Position numbers and translations under genes: made by a program
Shown: positions 1-9,686 of the stretch, one piece after another
Layout of the letters: each line of letters starts with the position of its first letter
Numbering within the stretch: position 1 is the stretch's first letter
The notes under the pieces: generated by a model
The model's database searches: none
Seen by the model: the letters and a program-made list of their open reading frames with translations, nothing else
Told to the model about the DNA's origin: nothing
Assembly: GCA_039028615.1 (NCBI GenBank)
Contig: JBCCHT010000001.1
Coordinates: 640,001 to 704,000 of the forward strand
Reading direction: 5' to 3'
Source: Myxococcota bacterium
Lineage (GTDB): Bacteria; Myxococcota_A; Polyangia; Nannocystales; Nannocystaceae
Length of the DNA: 64,000 bases

Positions 1-115
1 CCGTTCGGTTGGTGTCGTAGCCCAGGACTCGCATCGAGACGGTCCCGAAGCCCGCGGTGAATAGCATCGCCGCCGCGCCGTGACCTACGGGTATGCGGTT
101 CGACGGAGGTGCTCG

Positions 116-925
116 ATGAACATCAATCTATGCCTACGAAGAGGGCTCGTCGCTCTGTGCCTCGTGTCGGCATGCGATGACGGAGCGGCCGCGGACTCGG
201 ATCGAACCGGCGAGATCATCTCGAACCTGCTCGAAGCCGGCTATCCACGCGACGATCTCGACGTCGACGACGACGGGCGGGTCACGGTTCAGGGCGACAT
301 CGCGATGAGCTTGCGCGCGTCTCGCGAGCAACGTGCCCCCCAGACTCGATTTCGACAGTACTTCACCACCAACAAGGTCGCGCGCTGCAATCGGGCCATC
401 AAGGTGCTCGTCGACGAAGATCTCGACGCCGAGTTCCGTGCACGGGTCGCCGAGGCGCTGGTCGTGTGGAACTCGGTGGGCTCGGGTCTGTCGTTTTCCC
501 TCACCGATGAATTCGGCGAACAAGACGTCTGGATCTGGGGCTCCAACGAGCCCCTCGCGCCCGGGGTGTTGGCCTTGAGCCTACCCCCCGAGGGAGGCCT
601 GCCCGGCGAGTCGATCGCCGTGGGCCCGCTGCTATTGAGCCAGTCCCCGCGCTTCCAGAAGCACACCATGATCCACGAGATCGGACACACGGTGGGGCTG
701 CGCCATACCGACTTCAACAGTCGGGCGAGCTGCTCGAAGCGAGAAAACGAAGGTGCGGGCGACGTGGGCGCGGAGTGGATCGAAGGAACCTCGGTCGCCC
801 ATCCCAGTGACACGCAGTCTCCCGATCCCCTGTCCATGTTCAACGCGTGCTCCTCTCGTACGGCACCGCCGATCGTGTTCTCGCCCGACGACGTCCTGGC
901 GATCCTCACCGTCTACCCGCGTTGA
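116..925 (+). CDS. M57-family (HEIGH) zinc metallopeptidase, lipoprotein
   Basis: HEIGHTVGLRHTD zinc motif, downstream Met-turn (SMFN), N-terminal QGDI propeptide motif, lipobox LVSAC; ATG at 116 preceded by GGAGG. Confidence 0.85.
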   Translation: MNINLCLRRGLVALCLVSACDDGAAADSDRTGEIISNLLEAGYPRDDLDVDDDGRVTVQGDIAMSLRASREQRAPQTRFRQYFTTNKVARCNRAIKVLVDEDLDAEFRARVAEALVVWNSVGSGLSFSLTDEFGEQDVWIWGSNEPLAPGVLALSLPPEGGLPGESIAVGPLLLSQSPRFQKHTMIHEIGHTVGLRHTDFNSRASCSKRENEGAGDVGAEWIEGTSVAHPSDTQSPDPLSMFNACSSRTAPPIVFSPDDVLAILTVYPR

Positions 926-1012
926 TCCGCTTCAACCACGAACGAGCCCGGGCACTCGCCGCAATGGCCAGCCCCGGGCTCGACTGCGATCGAAACGACG
1001 ACCGCGAGAGCG

Positions 1013-2836
1013 CTACCACCAGAAGGTGGCGCGAACGGAGACGACCTGCTGGTCGGGGATCCGCGTCGGCGCGCCGCGGTTGCCCGCTTCCTGGTTGCCG
1101 CTGGTGGCACCGAAGCCGGAGGGCGGCACGGGAGCGCTGGGCGGCTGCACGCACAGCTGAGAGTCACCCATCGGATCGCACTCGCGCTGGTTGTACAGGT
1201 AGCGCGAGTACTGGATCGACAGCTCCTCGCGCGTGATCCAGTTGGTGCGGAAGATGAGCCGCGGCGAGACCACCGAGAACGACTGCTCCGGGATGCGGGA
1301 GTTGGGCTGCACCCGGTCGTAGCGGGTCGCCACCGCGAGCCAGCGTCGGGCGTCGAAGCGAAGATCACCGCCGTACTTGAACTTGGTGATGCCGTCGATG
1401 TCCGGGTCGTCGCTCGCGATCTTGTTGAACATCGTGTAGAGCTTGAGGCTGAGGTCCATGCCCTCGCCCCACCACTGGTCCCCCTTGCGGATCCGCTGCA
1501 CGCTCTGCTCGGCCTGGGCCATCACGGTGTAGATGTCACCGTTGCCGTTGCTCGAGGTGGTGGGCCCGTTGAGGTAGTTGTCGATGATGCCGAAGGTGAA
1601 CTGACCGGCACCGCGGGAGTGGATGACCTCGATGCTCGGCCCCACCGATTGCGCGTGACGGGCTTGGATCACCGAGAACGCGGCGTAGTAGTAGCCCAGC
1701 CGTCCCCAGTTGATCCGCAGGTCGGGGCCGGCGACGGTCATCGACCCGTCGGGCGGATTCTCGACGAAGTCGGCGTTGGCCTCGGACCCGATGCGGTCTT
1801 CCTCGCGGGCCAGGGCCTGCAGGAAGTGACCCCCCAGGGTGATCTTCCGCTTGTAGTCGAAGCCGATGTGGGCGTGGTGCAAGAAGGTGAAGCGCGCGAG
1901 GTTGAAGACCCGCGGGTCGGGGCGCGTGGCACCGACGCCGTGCTCGAGCGTGATGGTGAAGTCCTTCACCATGATGTCGAGCTTGCCCGCCTCACCCATC
2001 GAGTGAGTCCGGCCGAAGGCGTAGGTATCGAGCTCACCCGCGTCGTAGCGCCCGGCTGCGCCGTAGCGATTGTCGAAGGAGCCGACCTTCCAGCTCAGCT
2101 TCAGGTACTTGCTCGGCAGCTTCGGCTGGATGGTGACGAAGGCCTGCGCGATGCCGAACTGGGCGTTGTTTTCCTTCCACGCCGCGTCGGTGAAGTTGAA
2201 GCCCTGGATCGAGACCGTGCCCTGCGCGACCTGGTTGCCGTAGCCGAGATAGAGCTCCGCCCAGTCCCGCGGGTTGTGAAGGGTGTAGCCGTAGCCGAGG
2301 TACTGGTCGTCGGGCACTACGGGGGCGTGCATGGTGGTGCTGCTCTGCCCCTCCGCGGGCTCGGCTCGCTCACCCAGGCCGATCCGCATGGGCGCCCGCA
2401 AGAAGCCATGAAACAGGAAGCCCCAGTCGCCGCCGCCCGCGTCCGGGCTACCGCCGCGGGACGAGATGATGTTCTGCAGGGCGCCGTCGCGCTTCTTCTT
2501 CTTTTTGCCGGCCGGCCCGGGGAAGACGTTGGGGCGCGAGGTCGGCAGGCCCGAGCCCGCGGTATTGGGCGCAGCCACGGTGGAGAGCGGCTCGCCCCCG
2601 TTGGTGGCCTGGCCAGGCGGGATTTCCGGCTCGGCCGGCGCCTCGGCCTCGGCGGAGCCCTCGGCGTCCGCCGGGGCGAGCTCGACCGAGCCTTCGGCGG
2701 AAGCCTCGGCGGAGGCCTCGGCCGGAGCGCTGACTTCGGTCGCCGGGGCGGCCCCGTCTTCGGGGGTCGCGGGCTCCTCGGCGGAGCCGCCGGTCAACAA
2801 GAGGGCAACGGATACTGCGATGCTGGACATGATCAC
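1013..2836 (-). CDS. Putative outer-membrane beta-barrel protein (possible carbohydrate porin) with N-terminal signal and acidic/Pro-rich linker
   Basis: Signal peptide, long A/E/P linker, aromatic-rich alternating beta-strand segments, C-terminus VSVRATFWW typical of OM barrels; overlaps the GH9 stop codon. Confidence 0.6.
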   Translation of the reverse strand: MIMSSIAVSVALLLTGGSAEEPATPEDGAAPATEVSAPAEASAEASAEGSVELAPADAEGSAEAEAPAEPEIPPGQATNGGEPLSTVAAPNTAGSGLPTSRPNVFPGPAGKKKKKRDGALQNIISSRGGSPDAGGGDWGFLFHGFLRAPMRIGLGERAEPAEGQSSTTMHAPVVPDDQYLGYGYTLHNPRDWAELYLGYGNQVAQGTVSIQGFNFTDAAWKENNAQFGIAQAFVTIQPKLPSKYLKLSWKVGSFDNRYGAAGRYDAGELDTYAFGRTHSMGEAGKLDIMVKDFTITLEHGVGATRPDPRVFNLARFTFLHHAHIGFDYKRKITLGGHFLQALAREEDRIGSEANADFVENPPDGSMTVAGPDLRINWGRLGYYYAAFSVIQARHAQSVGPSIEVIHSRGAGQFTFGIIDNYLNGPTTSSNGNGDIYTVMAQAEQSVQRIRKGDQWWGEGMDLSLKLYTMFNKIASDDPDIDGITKFKYGGDLRFDARRWLAVATRYDRVQPNSRIPEQSFSVVSPRLIFRTNWITREELSIQYSRYLYNQRECDPMGDSQLCVQPPSAPVPPSGFGATSGNQEAGNRGAPTRIPDQQVVSVRATFWW

Positions 2837-5187
2837 CGGGCCTGTTCGTCGAGGAACGCGACGACCCAGAAGAGCGGGGCGTTCCAGTTGATGGTGACTT
2901 CATTGGTCGACCACGACTCGATGTGGTCGACGAAGCATTTTTGAGCGGGACACCCCGGCAGCCCCAACGACTGCGCATAGGGGTCTTCGAGCCGAGAGTT
3001 CGGGCCACCCGAGACGGCCCCCGGCGGGGGCAAGGGATAAGCTTCGTCTTTTTGGTGCGCCCAGAACCGATGGTGCGGGTTCTCGAGCGGGTTGGCGCCG
3101 TAGCCCGTGACATAGGATTGCCACATCGGGTTGCGGCCCAGCAGGTAGTCCATGGCGTCGATGACCCCGTGCAGGTACTGCGCCTCGCCAGTGAGGTCGT
3201 GAGCGAAGCCCATGACCAACGCGCTATTGAGCACGAGCGAGTTGCTGCCCCAAGGCAGGGTCCCGCCCGCGTCGGTCTGCACGGGGACCGGATAACCGGA
3301 GGACGACACGCGGCTGGCGTGGCTCTTGGCTACCTTCACCACCGCGCCCCGAGCCCCGTCGACATCGAGGGTGGTGGTGCCCGGCTTGGCCGTGGCCAAC
3401 GACAGCGTGCCGAGGGCCTGCACCACCTGCCAGTTCATGGGCGCCTGCTGGCCCCCGAGCTCCGGCGTGGGGCCGGGGATGGCCAGGTAGTGCTTCGACT
3501 CCCGCGCGACCTTGGCGTACTCGGCGTCTCCGGTGGTGAGCGCGAGCTCGACCGCGGCCCAGTAGAACTCGTCGCTGACGTCGAGGTCTTCGTAGGGACC
3601 GCCGCCGACGTTGTCGCTGCCGGGGGCGAGCTGATCGGGCGTGGCCTGAGCCGCCGCGAAGGCCCGGCGCGCCGCCTTCTCGCAGCGCGCGGAGAACTCG
3701 GGGTCGATGTCCTTCCACAGGCGCGCCGCCTGAGCGGCCACGGCCGCGAGGTTGAGCGTGGCCGCCGTGCTGGGCTTGTGCAAAAACCGCGGCGCCTTGG
3801 CCTCGTGAGGCGGCAGCGGCATGTCGGACCACTTTTGCTCGTGCAGCTTGTGGAAGGCCATGCCCTCCCACTTCTTGCCCTCGGGCACCTGCATGCCGAG
3901 CAGCATCTCGAGCTCCCAGCGCACTTCGTCGAGCAGGTCGGACACGCCGTTGCCCTGCTCGGGAATGGAGAACTTGCCGTCGGCCACCGCCGAGAGGTCG
4001 CCCTCGAGCTTGGCCGTGCGCTCGTAGTAGTGCAGCAGCGTCCACACCGAGATGCCGCCGTTGACGACGTACTTGCCGTGGTCGCCAGCGTCGTACCAGC
4101 CCCCGGACACATCCATGGTGTAGTCGCACCCCAGCTCGGGCAGACACTCGACCGCCGCGTCGCTCTCGTGCCCCGCCGGCCGCGTCCACTTGGCGTCTCC
4201 GGCGTAGGGCATCTCGATCGCGATGCCACTGCGGTTGTGATAGAAGTACGCCGCTGCGTCGTACTTGAGACGCGCGTAGATCGACGCATCGATGGAGAAG
4301 GCGTCGCTCTCGTGCTCGCCGATCCGCAGCTTGAACCCCTTGCCCGTGGCGTTCACGGACGAGAAGTCGAGGCGGTGCAGCGGGTCGCCCGAGGCCGGGT
4401 CTTCGCCAAACACGGTGGTGGTACCCGTCGCGACGACGCTGCCGCCCTCGTCCACCAGCTCCCACGACGCGGGCGAGGTGTCGGGAGTGCGGTAGATCGC
4501 CCGCTTGGGCTGCCCGGGGTAGTAGCCGATCTGGTTGACCCGGATCGGCGGCGCGAGCATGTAGTCGGGCGGAGGTGGCGGCTCGAACTCGGGGTCGGCC
4601 AGCACGATGTCGTCGATGCAAATCTCGACCGGCCCCTCCCCCGCCAGCGGCCCACCCAAGTGCACGCTGAACTCGGCCTGGAGGTCGTCGTCACCGCGCA
4701 TCGTGAAGTGGCCGGCAAAGCGCTGCGGCTCCGGCTTCAGCTCCAGGGTGCTGGCCCAGTACTCGGTGTAGGGAGGACCCGCCATCCCGACCTTGGGCCG
4801 AATCTGCGCCGGGCGATCGGCGGTGGCCGTCATCTCGACCAGGTACTGGTGCCCCCGGTGTAGTCGCAGCGCACGGTGCCGCAGCTGAAGGTCCCAGGAG
4901 ACCTCGCCCGCCGCGTTCGCCTGCATGCAAAAGGCCCCATCCTGGACCCGGGCCGAGCCTTGGGCCGAGCCCATGACCGAGGACTTCCACGGCGTCGCGC
5001 TGCCGTCGGAGAAGCTCGAGTTGCGGATGAGGTTGTGGTCGCCCTCCACCACCGGAGGCGGGCCGTCATCGATGACCGGCGCCCCGTCCTCGGGGTTCGC
5101 CGAGGCCGAAGCGCTGTCCTTGCGGCTGCACGACAGCGCCAGGAGAGCCAACAACAGGATGCCGCGATCGCGTCGAATGCTCATCAT
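2833..5187 (-). CDS. Glycoside hydrolase family 9 cellulase (CBM4_9 + Ig-like CelD_N + GH9), lipoprotein
   Basis: GGWYDAGDHGKY, RVNQIGY (Ig domain), NPHHR and WSTNEVTINWNA catalytic motifs; N-terminal CBM4-like NLIRNSSF...W domain; lipobox LALSC. Confidence 0.95.
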   Translation of the reverse strand: MMSIRRDRGILLLALLALSCSRKDSASASANPEDGAPVIDDGPPPVVEGDHNLIRNSSFSDGSATPWKSSVMGSAQGSARVQDGAFCMQANAAGEVSWDLQLRHRALRLHRGHQYLVEMTATADRPAQIRPKVGMAGPPYTEYWASTLELKPEPQRFAGHFTMRGDDDLQAEFSVHLGGPLAGEGPVEICIDDIVLADPEFEPPPPPDYMLAPPIRVNQIGYYPGQPKRAIYRTPDTSPASWELVDEGGSVVATGTTTVFGEDPASGDPLHRLDFSSVNATGKGFKLRIGEHESDAFSIDASIYARLKYDAAAYFYHNRSGIAIEMPYAGDAKWTRPAGHESDAAVECLPELGCDYTMDVSGGWYDAGDHGKYVVNGGISVWTLLHYYERTAKLEGDLSAVADGKFSIPEQGNGVSDLLDEVRWELEMLLGMQVPEGKKWEGMAFHKLHEQKWSDMPLPPHEAKAPRFLHKPSTAATLNLAAVAAQAARLWKDIDPEFSARCEKAARRAFAAAQATPDQLAPGSDNVGGGPYEDLDVSDEFYWAAVELALTTGDAEYAKVARESKHYLAIPGPTPELGGQQAPMNWQVVQALGTLSLATAKPGTTTLDVDGARGAVVKVAKSHASRVSSSGYPVPVQTDAGGTLPWGSNSLVLNSALVMGFAHDLTGEAQYLHGVIDAMDYLLGRNPMWQSYVTGYGANPLENPHHRFWAHQKDEAYPLPPPGAVSGGPNSRLEDPYAQSLGLPGCPAQKCFVDHIESWSTNEVTINWNAPLFWVVAFLDEQAR

Positions 5188-5915
5188 TGCTCACACCCGT
5201 AAAAGGAGATGTCGTCGATCCAGATGTCGAAGGTCTTGCCCGAGCCCTCGACCTGAAACTGCAGGCCGTACACCTGCGTGGCGTCGATCGAGCCAGGACG
5301 AGGTGCCCCCCACCCCGACATCTGGCTCAGCTGCTCGAAGGTGAAGACGTACTGCTGCCACTCCTCGGTGAGCTCGATGTCGGCCCCGAAGTCGTTGAAG
5401 CACTCGGTGCAGACGCCCCCCTCGGGAGAGGTGGCCGCGTCGGGGACCTTGAGCCGAATGTTGTTGGCCGAGTCCGCGCCGTGGCGGGCATAAAACGAGA
5501 CGCCCTCGTAGGCCGAAGCATCGTAGGGCCCCTTGGGATCGACGAAATTCAGCCCATATCCGGCGAATACGAGCGATCCACTGACGAGCTGGCCATGGAA
5601 GCGAGCCGCGTACATCGATCCGTTGGCCCCGCCCTCGGCCTGAGCGAAGGTGCCGCCCAGGCGCCCGGCCAGGGGCTCGACCGTCGAGCCCGACTCGTCG
5701 AGGAACGTGTACATGTAGCCACCGCGGCCCTGCTGATCGAGGGTGCGGTGGTCGTTGTCCTCGGCGTCTTCGATCACGGCGCTGCGAGTGCAGCGACCCA
5801 AGTCGAAGGCCCCCACGGCGCCCGCGTCGGGGCCGTTGGTCGCCGTGGGCTCGCACGCGGAGGTCAACCCCGTGGCCGCAGACAACACGAAGATGGAGAT
5901 CGATGGATGCTTCAT
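5184..5915 (-). CDS. CBM11/CIA30-like carbohydrate-binding lipoprotein
   Basis: YDASAYEGVSFYAR, LTEEWQQYVFTFEQL and FDIWIDDISF galactose-binding-like fold motifs; lipobox LTSAC; GAGGA before ATG 5915. Confidence 0.75.
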   Translation of the reverse strand: MKHPSISIFVLSAATGLTSACEPTATNGPDAGAVGAFDLGRCTRSAVIEDAEDNDHRTLDQQGRGGYMYTFLDESGSTVEPLAGRLGGTFAQAEGGANGSMYAARFHGQLVSGSLVFAGYGLNFVDPKGPYDASAYEGVSFYARHGADSANNIRLKVPDAATSPEGGVCTECFNDFGADIELTEEWQQYVFTFEQLSQMSGWGAPRPGSIDATQVYGLQFQVEGSGKTFDIWIDDISFYGCEQ

Positions 5916-5926
5916 GAGTCGATTCC

Positions 5927-6490
5927 TCAGAAGGTCACGCAATAGCCGAACATCGCTTGTTCACCGGGGTCGATGGCCGCGTTGTGCTCCGCCCCGGAAA
6001 AAGAGGCCTCGGTCCCCATTTCGGAGACGAGCGCCGCGTTCCATACTTGATCGAGAGTGCCGGGCAGCGTCAGCGTCACCTCCCAGGTGACGTTGAAGGC
6101 GGAGATGTTGGTGACGAAGACGTCGTCGCACTGCCCCTGGGGGAACATGGACTGGGTGACGACCTCGACCATGAGTTCGTCGTCGCTGAAGGTGTCCACA
6201 CCCTGGGTCTCGCCGCCTTCGCTCGACTCGCCGCCGGTATCGGAGCCCATGTCTCCGCCGGAGCTCGAGTCACCCGGAGGGGGCGGAGGAGGCGGAGGCG
6301 GAGAGTCGTCGAGGCCGTCGTCGAGCCCATCGCCCGTCGAGCTCGTGCCTTCATCCTCTTCCGCCGTCATCCCGGTGGTGACCGGAGGATCCGGCTCGCC
6401 AAAGAGGCCCGCATCGCCGCCCGAGTCGTCACCACAGGCCGTAAACAGGCCGCCGAACACCAGTATCCATGCAGGAAGCGTCTTGTTCAT
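5927..6490 (-). CDS. Lipoprotein with acidic/Pro linker and C-terminal CBM2-like cellulose-binding domain
   Basis: Lipobox LFTAC; C-terminal VTN..WEVTLTLPG...QVWNA...HNAAIDPGE..FGYC matches the CBM2 pattern; GGAGGA SD. Confidence 0.8.
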   Translation of the reverse strand: MNKTLPAWILVFGGLFTACGDDSGGDAGLFGEPDPPVTTGMTAEEDEGTSSTGDGLDDGLDDSPPPPPPPPPGDSSSGGDMGSDTGGESSEGGETQGVDTFSDDELMVEVVTQSMFPQGQCDDVFVTNISAFNVTWEVTLTLPGTLDQVWNAALVSEMGTEASFSGAEHNAAIDPGEQAMFGYCVTF

Positions 6491-6521
6491 CCATTCCTCC
6501 CGAGCGCTACCGCGTACCTAA

Positions 6522-6537
6522 AGCACGCACCGTGCCA
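6522..6537 (-). promoter_or_regulatory. Sigma54 (-24/-12) promoter of the CBM2-CBM11-GH9-barrel operon
   Basis: Minus strand reads TGGCACGGTGCGTGCT against consensus TGGCACGNNNNTTGCW, with exact GG-N10-GC spacing, about 30 nt upstream of ATG 6490. Confidence 0.7.
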
Positions 6538-6639
6538 GTTCCTATGTGGGAGAACCTGAGCCCTGCCGCGGGTTTCGAGCGAACGAAGATGCCCGAATCG
6601 GAAGGGTTGGTTCCCGAAGGGTCCGAACCGATCACTCCA

Positions 6640-7755
6640 CTACGGAATCGGCATGATCACTTGGCACGGGAAGGTCGCGTCCACGGAGTGATCCCCACCG
6701 TCTTGGAGGGTCGCGCACGCCTCACCCAACAGCTCGAGGGTCGACTCCTCGGGCACGTGCCAGTCCGTGCCGCAGTCGATTTCCACGCCGTCCAGCAACA
6801 CCCGGCCCTGGCACGCGGCGTCGATGTCCACGATGCCATCGATGGCGAACTCGCAGCTGACGAAGCCGTTGACGATCTGATCGAAGTCCTCGATCAAGTC
6901 CTGGGCGTTGAGAGCCTGGTAGTAAGGAGCGGGGTCGGGATCGTTGGGAGCCTTGCCCACCCCGACGTTGGCCAGCTCTTGGAGGTGCATGGCCGAGACC
7001 TCTTCACCCACGCTGACCACGAAGGTCTTGATGCCCGCCTCGTAGGCGTCGAGCACTGCGGTCACCGACAGCGGTTGCCCCTCTTGTGGGTCGGGCACGG
7101 CACAGGTATCGGGCTCGCCATCGGTGGCGAGGAGGATGGCTCGCGCCGTGTCTTCCTCGGCCGCCAACGAGGCCGCCACCGCGGCAACGGCCTCGCCCGT
7201 CGGAGTGTCGCCGTCGGGCAGGGGCATCGAGTACGCGGCGTTCATGGCATCCCGATTGCCGAAATCGGGGGCCACCTCGTCCAGCATCGGGCAGGTTCCG
7301 CCGAACATGCCGTTGTTGCTGGTGTACAGCGCCATCCCGAAGCGGACCTCGTCTTCGAGCTGCGTGACCACCCCGTTGGTGGGGTCGAACATCGCGTCGG
7401 AGACCGCCTGCCAGCGAGAGATTCCGCCAAAGTCGTAGCCCATGCTGCCGGAGCGATCGACGAGCAACACAATCGTCGGAATCACGGGCTCGATGCTGGC
7501 GTTGACGTCGGCGCAGCCGCTCCCGCCGTCGTCGGCCATGCCGAGGTCGGGCGTGTCGGTATCGTTGGATACCCCCGTGCCTCCGCTGCCGGCCGTGCCT
7601 CCGCTGCCGGCCGACATCCCGTTCGTGATGCCGTCGCCGTTGCTCGAGTCATTGAAGCCATGCGCTCCATCGCCGACCGTGCACCCCGCCACCGTGCAAC
7701 AAAGGCCGGCGGTGGTGAGCACCGTGGCCACCCCACTCCATCCATTCAACATCAT
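6640..7755 (-). CDS. vWA (MIDAS) domain lipoprotein, CglB-like myxobacterial surface protein
   Basis: LLVDRSGSM (DxSxS), TPTG, ILLATDGEP, Cys-rich C-terminus; lipobox VAGC plus acidic linker; start approximate. Confidence 0.8.
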   Translation of the reverse strand: MMLNGWSGVATVLTTAGLCCTVAGCTVGDGAHGFNDSSNGDGITNGMSAGSGGTAGSGGTGVSNDTDTPDLGMADDGGSGCADVNASIEPVIPTIVLLVDRSGSMGYDFGGISRWQAVSDAMFDPTNGVVTQLEDEVRFGMALYTSNNGMFGGTCPMLDEVAPDFGNRDAMNAAYSMPLPDGDTPTGEAVAAVAASLAAEEDTARAILLATDGEPDTCAVPDPQEGQPLSVTAVLDAYEAGIKTFVVSVGEEVSAMHLQELANVGVGKAPNDPDPAPYYQALNAQDLIEDFDQIVNGFVSCEFAIDGIVDIDAACQGRVLLDGVEIDCGTDWHVPEESTLELLGEACATLQDGGDHSVDATFPCQVIMPIP

Positions 7756-7926
7756 CCTGTCGGACACGCTAGCGCCTCGAAGTCCGCCTGACGAGACTGT
7801 CCAATTCGTTCCCGCAATGCGGATCGGTCTGTGCCTCGATGGCACTGCACTTTCCGATGTGAGGCGTACAAACCCGGTTGTCTTCAGCGAAACCAAACTG
7901 GACCGCCGCTTGCTACACAGACCTCT

Positions 7927-8430
7927 ATGGTCGTGGTGCTACTGGGATTGGCGAGGGTGGACATCCGTTCGGTCGGACGCGCATTGAGTCGGACGTTGGA
8001 TGCCACCGTTTTGGACGGGGACCGTTTGCGGTACTCGGCCGCACCGTCTTCAGACGAGGCGGGCTGGCTGCGAGCTTTCGGCCGCACGCTCCGGGAACCG
8101 CACCCGCGTCCGCACGTGGTGGTGACCTGTACGGCGTTGTCGCCCCGAGAGCGGCGAGAGCTGCGAATGTGTGACCGTCGTCAGATGCTCGTGATCCTTC
8201 GCGAGCCCTCGGATACGGCCGAGCTGACGCAGCGGCATGATCCAGAACACACCATCGTGGCGAACGCGACGGGGGACGTCGAAGAGCAGGCCGCACGGAT
8301 CTACGCCCGCCTCTTGCCGCGGCTCGAGGAAGCCAGAACCCGAAAAATGCCGGAGACCGGCCAACAAACCGCTCTGGGGGGGATTTCAGAAAGGGAAGCC
8401 GAAGACGTATGCTCGGGCCCCTGTGGCTGA
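7927..8430 (+). CDS. Gluconokinase/shikimate-kinase-like fold protein with degenerate P-loop
   Basis: VVVLLG...SVGRALSRTLDATVLDGDRL, WLRAFG and VVVTCTALS..ERRELR parallel GntK motifs, but Walker A GxGKS is absent. Confidence 0.5.
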   Translation: MVVVLLGLARVDIRSVGRALSRTLDATVLDGDRLRYSAAPSSDEAGWLRAFGRTLREPHPRPHVVVTCTALSPRERRELRMCDRRQMLVILREPSDTAELTQRHDPEHTIVANATGDVEEQAARIYARLLPRLEEARTRKMPETGQQTALGGISEREAEDVCSGPCG

Positions 8431-8433
8431 CGC

Positions 8434-9579
8434 GTGATCAAACTCGTCGCAGCGATGGCGGCACGGCTCTTTGCTCCCGAGGCCGAGCCGCCCAGCGCGG
8501 AGGCGAGCACGACGGCGACCCCCACTGAGGTGGTGGACGCCGGGGTAGCCGCGACGGCGGAAGTAGAGCAGCCGCCGATCCAGCTGCCACGCACGAAGGT
8601 CATCGTCGGCTTCACCGCCGACGACCCTTCGGTGACCCGCACCGATCTGGAACAGGCGCTCGCCGCCCAGATGGCGGACACCGGCTTGCAACATCGAGTC
8701 GCGACGCTCGCGGGCGATAGCGACCACGGACTTCGCGTCGCGTGGGCCTCGACCTTCGAGATGCAACGCGACGTGCTCGCGGTGTTCTGGATTGAGGGCA
8801 CCAGCGAGGCGCGCAAGCTCTATATGTACGATCCGGATCGCGGGAAGACCTGGATGCGTACGCTGGAGACCTCGTCGGACCCCGACGAGCTCATCGTCTC
8901 CTTGGGCACCATCGTGCGCGGCATCAGCCTGGCCACGGTCGCGGGTGCGCCTTCCGGCATGAAGGAAGTCGAGCCGCCCAAGCCCGTGCCCAAAGAAAAA
9001 GAGCCGCCGCCTCCACCCGTCGACGACGAACCCGAGCCCGAGCCACCGCCCGCACCGAAGACGACGTGGAGCGTCGAACTCGCGTACGAGGGCGGCAACC
9101 TCTCGAGCACCGCACCGTGGCTCAGCGCGGGCAGCATCGGCCTCGACGTCGAGCTTCCGTTTCAGCTCGTGAGTCGAGTCGCAGCCGCGGTGTACGGGCC
9201 CCTGCCCTTGTCCGGTCCGCCGCAAACCACCGTGTGGCGAGTGCCGATCAACGTGAGCGTCGGCTATCGATTCCGAAAGGGTGCGGCATTCCGCCCCATG
9301 GTCGATGCGTCACTCGTGGTGGAGCCGATGTGGTGGCAAGCCGACACCACCCCCGATGTCACCGCCTTTTCCGGGAGCACCGTCCGTATTGCGGTCGCCC
9401 CCGGCGCCGGCTTCCGCGCACGGCTTTGGAAGGGCCTGGGACTGCTCGTACACGCCCGTGCGGATATGCGCGTTCGCAACGCCGACCTCGTGGTATCTGA
9501 CCGTGAACGTCGTGTTTCACGATTGTCTCCTCACGCCGTCGCCGCCACCGCACGCGCGGGCCTGTATTATTCGTTCTAA
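8434..9579 (+). CDS. Exported protein with Pro-rich linker and C-terminal beta-barrel-like domain
   Basis: N-terminal alpha/beta region, PKPVPKEKEPPPPP linker, C-terminal alternating strands ending ARAGLYYSF; immediately upstream of the ECF sigma gene. Confidence 0.55.
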   Translation: MIKLVAAMAARLFAPEAEPPSAEASTTATPTEVVDAGVAATAEVEQPPIQLPRTKVIVGFTADDPSVTRTDLEQALAAQMADTGLQHRVATLAGDSDHGLRVAWASTFEMQRDVLAVFWIEGTSEARKLYMYDPDRGKTWMRTLETSSDPDELIVSLGTIVRGISLATVAGAPSGMKEVEPPKPVPKEKEPPPPPVDDEPEPEPPPAPKTTWSVELAYEGGNLSSTAPWLSAGSIGLDVELPFQLVSRVAAAVYGPLPLSGPPQTTVWRVPINVSVGYRFRKGAAFRPMVDASLVVEPMWWQADTTPDVTAFSGSTVRIAVAPGAGFRARLWKGLGLLVHARADMRVRNADLVVSDRERRVSRLSPHAVAATARAGLYYSF

Positions 9580-9686
9580 GACGGGCCGGGCAGGAATTCG
9601 TTTGGGTTTTTTCATCAACTCGGCGGGGTTTCATCCCCCTTGGCTTTCGAGTGAACGCGCTCGCAATCGCCTATCGGGAGTCGTCG

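Noticed and set aside
2923..4863. Long antisense or alternate-frame ORFs (e.g. 2923-4863 +, 12859-14763 +, 23597-26509 -, 36671-38533 +, 54719-57943 +, 57499-59685 -)
   Set aside because: Shadow ORFs expected in high-GC DNA. They lie opposite motif-supported genes and show no recognisable domains.
7840..7855. TGGCACTGCACTTTCC as a possible sigma54 promoter
   Set aside because: The -12 element reads TTTC rather than TTGC; too weak to call.
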